DNA from: the human T2T-CHM13v2.0 reference genome, Homo sapiens
Assembly (NCBI RefSeq): GCF_009914755.1
Contig: NC_060933.1
DNA length: 64,000 bases
Reading direction: 5' to 3' (one strand)
The notes under the pieces are model-generated. The model had not been told where the DNA came from. It saw nothing but the letters and a program-made list of their open reading frames with translations, and searched no databases. Shown here piece after piece: positions 43,001 through 55,000 of the stretch. The position numbers and the translations under genes are program-made. Within the stretch, counting starts at the first letter, position 1. Every line of letters starts with the position of its first letter.

Positions 43001-46000
43001 ACCTGGTTGTTCAGTGCAGATATTTGACACAATGCCCCCATAGACAGAACCTAGACAAGACTTCCATCACCTGGGTGATCAGTGCAGAGATATGTCACAA
43101 ATCCCCCTTATGCAGAGTATAGAGAAGAGTCACAACACATGGGTGATCAGTGCAGTGATATTTCACAAATCCCCTGTAGGCAGAGTGGTCAAGAGTTACA
43201 TAACCTAGGTGATCTGTGCAGAGGTATGTCAAAACGCCCCTGTAGGCAGAGCCCAGATAAATGTTACATCACCTGGGAGATCAGTGCAGAGATACGTCAC
43301 AATACCCCCTGTAGGTGGAGCATAGACAAGAGTTACATCACCTGGGTGATCAGTACAGAAATATGTCGCAAAGCCCCTGTAGGCCGAGCCTAGATAAGGA
43401 TTACGTCTCCTGGGTGATCAGTGCAGAAATATGTCACAAAACCCTGTAGGCTGAGCCAAGACAAGAGTTACATCTCCTGGGTGATCAGTGCAATGATATG
43501 CCACAAAGCCCCCAGCAGACATATCCCAGAAAATTGGTACATCACCTGGGCGATCAGTGGAGATATCTGTCACAATCCCCTTTAGGCGCAGCTTAGACAA
43601 GCGTTAAATCAGATGAGTGATCAGTGCAGCCATATGTCATTGTGCCCCCATAGGCTGATCCAAGACAAGAGTCCATCACCTGGCTGATCAGTGCAGAAAT
43701 ATGCCACAATGCCGCCTGTGGGCAGATATAGACAAGTATTACATCACCTGTGTGATCACTTCAGAGATATATCAAAATGCCCCTGTAGGCAGAGCCTAGA
43801 CAAAAGTCTCAACACCTGGGTGATCAGTGCAGAGTTATGTCACAATGCCTCCTTTTGGCAGAGCCTAGACAAAGGTTACATCACCTGGGAGATCAGGGCA
43901 GAGATATGTCACAATGCCACCTGTAAGCAGATCCCACACACTAGTTGCATAACCTCGGTGATCAGTGCAGAGATATGTCTCAAAACACCCTGTCGGCGAA
44001 GCCTATACAAGAGTTACATAATATCGTTGATCGGTGCAGTGATATGTTAACATGCCCCTGTAACCAGAGGCTAGACAAGAGTTACACCACCTTGGTGATC
44101 AGTGCAGAGATATCTCACAATTACCTGTAAGCAGAGCCAAGACAATAGTTACATCACCTGCGAGATAAGTGCAGAGATATGTCATAAATCTCACAGAAGG
44201 CAAAGTCTAGACAAGTTTTACATCACCTCAGCGAGCAGCACAAGGTTAGTTCCCAATGTCCCTCTAGGCAGAGCTTAGAAAAGGGTCGCATGTCCTGGGT
44301 GATCAGTGCAGAGATAAGTAACAATGCCTCCATAGGCAGAGTCTAGACAAGTGTTACCTAACCCAGGTGACCCGTGTAGAGTGATGTCACAACGCCCTCT
44401 TTAGCACAGACTAGAAAGTGTTACATCACCTGAGTGATCAGTGCAGAGATATGTCTCAATGCGCCCTGTAGGCAGAGCATAGAGAAGAGTTGCATCACCT
44501 GGGTAATCAGTGCAGAGATATGTCACCATTTCCCCTGTAGTCAGAGCATAGAGAAGCGTTGCATCACCTGGGTGATCATTGCAGAGATATGTCACAATGT
44601 CCCCAGTAGGCAAACCCTAGGCAAGGGTTACATATCGTTTGTCATCAGTTCAGGGATTTGTGAAAACGTCCCTGGAGGCAGGGCCTAGACAACAGCTATA
44701 TCCCCTAATGATCAGTGCATAGATATTTCACAATACTCCTGTAGGCAGATCCTAGACAAGAGTTGAATCACCTGGGTGATCAGTGCAGAGATATGTCACA
44801 AAACTCCTGTAGGCAGAACTTAGATGAGTTACATGACTTGGGTGATCAGTGCAAAGCTATGTCACAAAGCCCCCTGTATGCAAAGCCTAGACAATATTTA
44901 CATCACTTGCGTGATCAGTGGCGAGATCTCTCACAATTCCCCAGTAGGGAGAGCTTATACAACCGTTACATCACCTGAGTGATCAGTGCAGAGGTATGTC
45001 ACAATGCCCCCATAGGCAGATACAAGACAGGAGTCCGTCACCTTGGTGATCAGTGCAGAGATATGTGAGAATTCCTGTGTAGGCTGAGCCTCGACAAGTG
45101 TTACATAACCTAGGTTATCAGTGCCACTATAAATCATAAAGCATCTTGTAGGCAGAGCATAGACAAGAGTACCCTCCACAGAGTGATCAGTGAAGAGATG
45201 TGTCACAAAGATCATGTAGGCAGAGCCTAGACAAGAGATTCATCACTTGGTTGATCAGTTCAGAGATGTGCCACAATGTCCATGTAGGCAGATTTAAGGC
45301 AAGAGTCCATCACATGGGTGATCAGTGAAGAGATATGTACTAGTGTCCCCTGTAGTCAGTGCCTAGACAAGAGTTGCCTCACCTCAGAGATCAGTGCAGA
45401 GATATGTCACAAAGCCTTCTGTAGTCAAAGCCCATACAAGGCTTACATCACCTAGGTGATCAATACAGTGAGATGTCACAAAAGTCCCTGTAGACAGAGC
45501 CTAGAAAAGAGTTACATCACCTTGTTGATCAGTGGAGATCTTTGAAACAATGCTCCCATAGACAGAACCTAGACAAGACTTCCAACACCTGGGTGACCAG
45601 TGCAGAAATATGTCACAAATCCCCTTGTAGGCAGAGTATAGAGAAGAGTCCCATCACCTGGGTGATCAGTGCAGTGATATTTCACAAAGCCCCTGTAGGC
45701 AGAGTGGTCAAGAGTTACATAACCTAGGTGATCTGTGCAGAGCTATGTCAAAACGCCCCTGTAGACAGAGCCCAGATAAATGTTACATCACCTGGGTGAT
45801 CAGTGCAGAGATACGTCACAATAACACCTGTAGGTGGAGCCTAGACATGAGTTACATCACCTGGGTGATCAGTAAAGGAATATGTCACAAAGCCCCCGTA
45901 GGCCAAGCCTAGACAAGAATTATATCTCCTGGGTGATAAGTGCAGAAATATGTCACAAACCCCTGTAGGCCAAGCCAAGACAAGAGTTACATATCCTGGG

Positions 46001-49000
46001 TGATCAGTGCAAAGATATGTCACAAAACCCCCTGTAGACAAATCCCAGAAAATTGTTACATCACCTGGGCGATCAGTGCAGATATCTGTCACAATCCACT
46101 TAGGCGCAGCTTAGACAAGCGTTACATCAGATGAGTGATCAGTGCAGAGATATGTCACTGTGCCCCCATAGGCAGATCCAAGACAAGAGTCCATCACCTG
46201 GCTGATCAGTGCAGAAATATGCCACAATGCCGCCAGTAGGCAGATATAGACAAGTATTACATCACCTGTGTGATCACTTCAGAGATATGTCAAAATGCCC
46301 CTGTAGGCAGAGCCTAGACAAGAGTCTCATCACCTGGGTGATCAGTGCAGAGTTATTTCACAATGCCTCTTTTGGCGGAGCCTAGACAAAGGTTACATCA
46401 CCTGGGAGATCAGGGCAGAGATATGTCACAATGCCACCTGTAAGCAGGTCCCAGACACTAGTTGCATAACCTCGGTGATCAGTGCAGAGATATGTCTCAA
46501 ATCAACCTGTCGGTGAAGCCTATACAAGAGTTACATAATATCGGTGATCTGTGCAGTGATATGTTAACAAGCCACCGTAGGCAGAGGCTAGAGAAGAGTT
46601 ACATCACCTGGGTGATCAGTGCAGAGATATCTCACAATAACTCTGTAAGCAGAGCCAAGACAAGTGTTACATCACCTGCGAGATAAGTGCAGAGATATGT
46701 CATAAATCTCACAGAAAGCAAAGCCTAGACAAGCTTTACCTCACCTCAGCGAGCAGTGTAGGGATAGTTCCCAATGTCGCTCTAGGCAGAGCTTAGACAA
46801 CAGTCACATGTCCTGGGTGATCAGTGCAGAGGTAAGTAACAATGCCTCCAAAGGCAGTGCCTAGACTAGAGTTATATAACCCAGGTGACCCGTACAGAGT
46901 GATGTCACAACGCCCTCTGTACGCACAGACTAGAAAAGCGTTACATCACCTGGCTGATCAGTGCAGAGATATGTCACAATTTCCCCTGTAGTCAGAGCAT
47001 AGAGAAGCGTTCCATCACCTGGGTGATCAGTGCAGAGATATGTCACAATGCCCCCTGTAGGCAGAGCATTGAGAAAAGATGCATCACCAGGGTAATCAGT
47101 GCAGAGATATGTCACCATTTCCCCTGTAGGCAGAGCATAGAGAAGCGTTGCATCACCTGGGTGATCAGTGCAGAGATATGTCACAATGTCCCCTGTAGGC
47201 AGAACTTAGATGAGTTACATCACTTGGGTGATCAGTGCAAAGCTATGTCACAAAGCCCCCTTGATGCAAAGCCTAGACAATTTTTACATCACTTATTGGG
47301 TGACCTGTGGCGAGATCTCTCACAATTCCCCTGTAGGCAGAGCTTATACAACAGTTACATCACCTGAGTGATCAGTGAAGAGGTATATCACAATGCCCCT
47401 ATACTCATACCCAAGACAAGAGTCCGTGACCTGGGTGATCAGAGCAGAGATATGTGAGAATTCCCGTGTAGGCAGAGCCTCGACATGTGTTACATAACCT
47501 AGGTTATCAGTGCCACTATAAATCATAAAGAATCCTGTAGGCACAACATAGACAACAGTACCCTCCCCAGAGTGATCATTGTAGAGAGGTGTCACAAAGC
47601 CCATGTAGGCAGAGCCTAGACAAGAGTTTCATTACTTGGTTGATCAGTTCAGAGATGTGTCAAAATGTCCATGTAGGCAGATCTAAGACAAGAGTCCATC
47701 ACCTGGGTGATCAGTGAAGGTTTATGTACTAATGTCCCATGTAGTCAGTGCCTAGACAAGAGTTGCCTCACGTCAGAGATCAGTGCAGAGATATGTCACA
47801 AAGCCTTCTGTAGGCAAAGCCCATACAAGGCTTACATCACCTAGGTGATCAATACAGTGATATGTCACAAAAGTCCCTGTAAACAGAGGCTAGAAAAGAG
47901 TTACATCACCTGGTTGTTCAGTGCAGATATTTGACACAATGTCCCCATAGACAGAACCTAAACAAGACTTCAATCACCTGGGTGATCAGTGCAGAGATAT
48001 GTCACAAATCACCCTGTAGGCAGAGTATAGAGAAGAGTCCCATCACCTGGGAGATCAGTGCAGTGATATTTCACAAAGCCCCTGTAGGCAGAGTGGTCAA
48101 GAGTTACATAAACTAGGTGATCTGTGCAGAGCTATGTCAAAACGCCCCTGTAGGCAGTGCCCAGATAAATGTTACATCACCTGGGAGATCAGTGCAGAGA
48201 TACGTCACAATACACCCTGTAGGTGGAGCCTAGACAAGAGTTAGATCACCTGGGTGATCAGTGCAGAGATACGTCACAATAACCCCTGTAGGTGGAGCGT
48301 AGACAAGAGTTACATCACCTGGGTGATCAGTACAGAAATATGTCACAAAGCCCCTGTAGGCCAAGCCTAGACAAGGATTACATCTCCTGGGTGATCAGTG
48401 CAGAAATATGTGACAAAGCCCTGTAGGCCGAGCCAAGACAAGAGTTACATCTCCTGGGTGATCAGTGCAATGATATGTCACAAAGCCCCCTACAGACATA
48501 CCCCAGAAAATTGGTACATCACCTGGGCGATCAGTGGAGATATCTGTCACAATCCCCTTTAGGCGCAGCTTAGACAAGCGTTACATCAGATGAGTGATCA
48601 GTGCAGACATATGTCACTGTGCCCCCATAGGCTGATCCAAGACAAGAGTCCATCACCTGGCTGATCAGTGCAGAAATATGCCACAAAGCCGCCAGCGGGC
48701 AGTTATAGACAAGTATTACATCACCTGTGTGATCACTTCAGAGATATGTCAAAATGCCCCTGTAGGCAGCGCCTAGACAAGAGTCTCAACACCTGGGTGA
48801 TCAGTGCAGAGTTTTGTCACAATGCCTCCTTTTGGCAGAGCCTAGACAAAGGTTACATCACCTGGGAGATCAGGGCAGAGATATGTCACAATGCCACCTG
48901 TAAGCAGATCCCAGACACTAGTTGCATAACCTCGGTGATCAGTGCAGAGATATGTCTCAAAACACCCTGTCGGCGAAGCCTATACAAAAGTTACATAATA

Positions 49001-52000
49001 TCGGTGATCTGTGCAGTGATATGTTAACATGCCCCTGTAGGCAGAGGCTAGAGAAGAGTTACATCACCTGGGTGATCAGTGCAGAGATATCTCACAATAA
49101 CCCTGTAAGCAGAGCCAAGACAAGAGTTACATCACCTGCGAGATAAGTGTAGAGATATGTCCTAAGTCTCACAGAAGGCAAAGCCTAGAAAAGTTTTACA
49201 TCACCTCAGCGAGCAGTACAGGGATAGTTCCCAATGTCCCTCTAGGCAGAGCTTAGACAAGAGTCACATGTCCTGGGTGATCAGTGGAGACATAAGTAAC
49301 AATGCATCCATAGGCAGAGCCTAGACAAGTGATACATGACCCAGGTGACCCGTGCAGAGTGATGTCACAACGCCCTCTGTAGGCACAGACTAGAAAGTGT
49401 TACATCACCTGGGTGACCAGTGCAGAGATATGTCACAAGGCGCCCTGTAGGCTGAGCATAGAGAAGAGTTGCATCACCTGGGTAATCAGTGCAGAGATAT
49501 GTCACCATTTCCTCTGTAGTCAGAGCATAGAGAAGCGTTGCATCACCTGGGTGATCATTGCAGAGATATGTCACAATGTCCCCTGTAGGCAAAGTCTAGG
49601 CAAGGGTTACATCACGTTTGTCATCAGTTCAGGGATATGTGGAAACGCCCCTGGAGGCAGGGCCTAGACAACAGTTATATCCCCTAATGATCAATGCAGA
49701 GATATTTCACAATACTCCTGTAGGCCGATCCTAGACAAGAGTTGAATCACCTGGGTCATCAGTGCAGAGATATGTCACAAAGCTCCTGTAGGCAGAACTT
49801 AGATGAGTTACAGCACTTGGGTGATCAGTGCAAAGCTATGTCACAAAGCCCCCTTGATGCAAAGCCTAGACAATATTTACATCACTTACTTGGGTGACCT
49901 GTGGCGAGATCTCTCACAATACCCCTGTAGGCAGAGCTTATACAACAGTTACATCACCTGAGTGATCAGTGCAGAGGTATGTTACAATGCCCCCATAGGC
50001 AGACCCAAGACAAGGGTCCGTGACCTTGGTGATCAGAGCAGAGATATGTGAGAATTCCCGTGTAGGCAGAGCCTCGACAAGTGTTACATAACCTAGGTTA
50101 TCAGTGCCACTATAAATCATAAAGAATCCTGTAGGCACAGCATAGACAAGAGTACCCTCCCCAGAGTGATCATTGCAGAGAGGTGTCACAAAGCCCATGT
50201 AGGCAGAGCTTAGACAAGAGTTTCATCACTTGGTTGATCAGTTCAGAGATGTGTCAAAATGTCCATGTAGGCAGATCTAAGACAAGAGTCCATCACCTGG
50301 GTGATCAGTGAAGGTTTATGTACTAATGTCCCATGTAGTCAGTGCCTAGACAAGAGTTGCCTCACGTCAGAGATCAGTGCAGAGATATGTCACAAAGCCT
50401 TCTGTAGGCAAAGCCCATACAAGGCTTACATCACCTAGGTGATCAATACAGTGATATGTCACAAAAGTCCCTGTAAACAGAGGCTAGAAAAGAGTTACAT
50501 CACCTGGTTGTTCAGTGCAGATATTTGACACAATGCCCCCATAGACAGAACCTAAACAAGACTTCAATCACCTGGGTGATCAGTGCAGAGATATGTCACA
50601 AATCCCCCTGTAGGCAGAGTATAGAGAAGAGTCCCATCACCTGGGAGATCAGTGCAGTGATATTTCACAAAGCCCCTGTAGGCAGAGTGGTCAAGAGTTA
50701 CATAAACTAGGTGATCTGTGCAGAGCTATGTCAAAACGCCCCTGTAGGCAGTGCCCAGATAAATGTTACATCACCTTGGAGATCAGTGCAGAGATACGTC
50801 ACAATACCCCCTGTAGGTGGAGCCTAGACAAGAGTTAGATCACCTGGGTGATCAGTGCAGAGATACGTCACAATAACCCCTGTAGGTGGAGCCTAGACAA
50901 GAGTTACATCACCTGGGTGATCAGTACAGAAATATGTCACAAAGCCCCGGTAGGCCAAGCCTAGACAAGGATTACATCTCCTGGGTGATCAGTGCAGAAA
51001 TATGTGACAAAGCCCTGTAGGCCGAGCCAAGACAAGAGTTACATCTCCTGGGTGATCAGTGCAATGATATGTCACAAAGACCCCTACAGACATACCCCAG
51101 AAAATTGGTACATCACCTGGGCGATCAGTGGAGATATCTGTCACAATCCCCTTTAGGCGCAGCTTAGACAAGCGTTACATCAGATGAGTGATCAGTGCAG
51201 ACATATGTCATTGTGCCCCCATAGGCTGATCCAAGACAAGAGTCCATCACATGGCTGATCAGTGCAGAAATATGCCACAAAGCCGCCAGCGGGCAGTTAT
51301 AGACAAGTATTACATCACCTGTGTGATCACTTCAGAGATATGTCAAAATGCCCCTGTAGGCAGCGCCTAGACAAGAGTCTCAACACCTGGGTGATCAGTG
51401 CAGAGTTTTGTCACAATGCCTCCTTTTGGCAGAGCCTAGACAAAGGTTACATCACCTGGGAGATCAGGGCAGAGATATGTCACAATGCCACCTGTAAGCA
51501 GATCCCAGACACTAGTTGCATAACCTCGATGATCAGTGCAGAGATATGTCTCAAAACACCCTGTCGGCGAAGCCTATACAAAAGTTACATAATATCGGTG
51601 ATCTGTGCAGTGATATGTTAACATGCCCCTGTAGGCTGAGGCTAGAGAAGAGTTACATCACCTGGGTGATCAGTGCAGAGATATCTCACAATAACCCTGT
51701 AAGCAGAGCCAAGACAAGAGTTACATCACCTGCGAGATAAGTGCAGAGTTATGTCATAAGTCTCACAGAAGGCAAAGCCTAGAAAAGTTTTACATCACCT
51801 CAGCGAGCAGTACAGGGATAGTTCCCAATGTCCCTCTAGGCAGAGCTTAGACAAGAGTCACATGTCCTGGGTGATCAGTGGAGACATAAGTAACAATGCA
51901 TCCATAGGCAGAGCCTAGACAAGTGATACATGACCCAGGTGACCCGTGCAGAGTGATGTCACAACGCCCTCTGTAGGCACAGACTAGAAAGTGTTACATC

Positions 52001-55000
52001 ACCTGGGTGATCAGTGCAGAGATATGTCACAAGGCGCCCTGTAGGCAGAGCATAGAGAAGAGTTGCATCACCTGGGTAATCAGTGCAGAGATATGTCACC
52101 ATTTCCTCTGTAGTCAGAGCATACAGAAGCGTTGCCTCACCTGGGTGATCATTGCAGAGATATGTCACAATGTCCACTGTAGGCAAAGCCTAGGCAAGGG
52201 TTACATCACGTTTGTCATCAGTTCAGGGATATGTGAAAACGCCCCTGGAGGCAGGGCCTAGACAACAGTTATATCCCCTAATGATCAGTGCAGAGATATT
52301 TCACAATACTCCTGTAGGCCGATCCTAGACAAGAGTTGAATCACCTGGGTCATCAGTGCAGAGATATGTCACAAAGCTCCTGTAGGCAGAACTTAGATGA
52401 GTTACAGCACTTGGGTGTTCAGTGCAAAGCTATGTCACAAAGCCCCCGTATGCAAAGCCTAGACAATATTTACATCACTTACTTGGGTGACCTGTGGCGA
52501 GATCTCTCACAATACCCCTGTAGGCAGAGCTTATACAACAGTTACATCACCTGAGTGATCAGTGCAGAGGTATGTTACAATGCCCCCATAGGCAGACCCA
52601 AGACAAGAGTCCGTCACCAGGGTGATCAGAGCAGAGATATGTGAGAATTCCCGTGTAGGCAGAGCCTCCACAAGTGTTACATAACCTAGGTTATCAGTGC
52701 CACTATAAATCATAAAGAATCCTGTAGGCACAGCATAGACAAGAGTACCCTCCCCAGAGTGATCATTGCAGAGAGGTGTCACAAAGCCCATGTAGGCAGA
52801 GCCTAGACAAGAGTTTCATCACTTGGTTGATCAGTTCAGAGATGTGTCAAAATGTCCATGTAGGCAGATCTAAGACAAGAGTCCATCACCTGGGTGATCA
52901 GTGAAGGTTTATGTACTAATGTCCCATGTAGTCAGTGCCTAGACAAGAGTTGCCTCACGTCAGAGATCAGTGCAGAGATATGTCACAAAGCCTTCTGTAG
53001 GCAAAGCCCATACAAGGCTTACATCACCTAGGTGATCAATACAGTGTTATGTCACAAAAGTCCCTGTAAACAGAGGCTAGAAAAGAGTTACATCACCTGG
53101 TTGTTCAGTGCAGATATTTTACACAATGCCCACATAGACAGAACCTAAACAAGACTTCAATCACCTGGGTGATCAGTGCAGAGATATGTCACAAATCCCC
53201 CTGTAGGCAGAGTATAGAGAAGAGTCCCATCACCTGGGAGATCAGTGCAGTGATATTTCACAAAGCCCCTGTAGGCAGAGTGGTCAAGAGTTACATAAAC
53301 TAGGTGATCTGTGCAGAGCTATGTCAAAACGCCCCTGTAGGCAGGGCCCAGAGAAATGTTACATCACCTGGGAGATCAGTGCAGAGATACGTCACAATAC
53401 CCCCTGTAGGTGGAGCCTAGACAAGAGTTAGATCACCTGGGTGATCAGTGCAGAGATACGTCACAATAACCCCTGTAGGTGGAGCGTAGACAAGAGTTAC
53501 ATCACCTGGGTGATCAGTACAGAAATATGTCACAAAGACCCTGTAGGCCAAGCCTAGACAAGGATTACATCTCCTGGGTGTTCAGTGCAGAAATATGTCA
53601 CAAAGCCCTGTAGGCCGAGCCAAGACAAGAGTTACATCTCCTGGGTGATCAGTGCAATGATATGTCACAAAGCCCCCTACAGACATATCCCAGAAAATTG
53701 GTACATCACCTGGGCGATCAGTGGAGATATCTGTCACAATCCCCTTTAGGCGCAGCTTAGACAAGCGTTACATCAGATGAGTGATCAGTGGAGACATATG
53801 TCACTGTGCCCCCATAGGCTGATCCAAGACAAGAGTCCATCACCTGGCTGATCAGTGCAGAAATATGCCACAAAGCCGCCAGCGGGCAGTTATAGACAAG
53901 TATTACATCACCTGTGTGATCACTTCAGAGATATGTCAAAATGCCCCTGTAGGCAGCGCCTAGACAAGAGTCTCAACACCTGGGTGATCAGGGCAGAGTT
54001 TTGTCACAATGCCTCCTTTTGGCAGAGCTTAGACAAAGGTTACATCACCTGGGAGATCAGGGCAGAGATATGTCACAATGCCACCTGTAAGCAGATCCCA
54101 GACACTAGTTGCATAACCTCGGTGATCAGTGCAGAGATATGTCTCAAAACACCCTGTCGGCGAAGCCTATACAAAAGTTACATAATATCGGTGATCTGTG
54201 CAGTGATATGTTAACATGCCCCTGTAGGCAGAGGCTAGAGAAGAGTTACATCACCTGGGTGATCAGTGCAGAGATATCTCACAATAACCCTGTAAGCAGA
54301 GCCAAGATAAGCGTTACATCACCTGCGAGATAAGTGCAGAGATATGTCATAAATCTCACAGAAGGCAAAGCCTAGAAAAGTTTTACATCACCTCAGCGAG
54401 CAGTACAGGGATAGTTCCCAATGTCCCTCTAGGCAGAGCTTAGACAAGAGTCACATGTCCTGGGTGATCAGTGCAGACATAAGTAACAATGCATCCATAG
54501 GCAGAGCCTAGACAAGTGATACATAACCCAGGTGACCCGTGCAGAGTGATGTCACAACGCCCTCTGTAGGCACAGACTAGAAAGTGTTACATCACCTGGG
54601 TGATCAGTGCAGAGATATGTCACAAGGCGCCCTGTAGGCAGAGCATAGAGAAGAGTTGCATCACCTGGGTAATCAGTGCAGAGATATGTCACCATTTCCC
54701 CTGTAGTCATAGCATAGAGAAGCGTTGCATCACCTGGGTGACCATTGCAGAGATATGTCACAATGTCCCCTGTAGGCAAAGCCTAGGCAAGGGTTACATC
54801 ACGTTTGTCATCAGTTCAGGGATATGTGAAAACGCCCCTGGAGGCAGGGCCTAGACAACAGTTATATCCCCTAATGATCTGTGCAGAGATATTTCACAAT
54901 ACTCCTGTAGGCCGATCCTAGACAAGAGTTGAATCACCTGGGTCATCAGTGCAGAGATATGTCACAAAGCTCCTGTAGGCAGAACTTAGAAGAGTTACAT

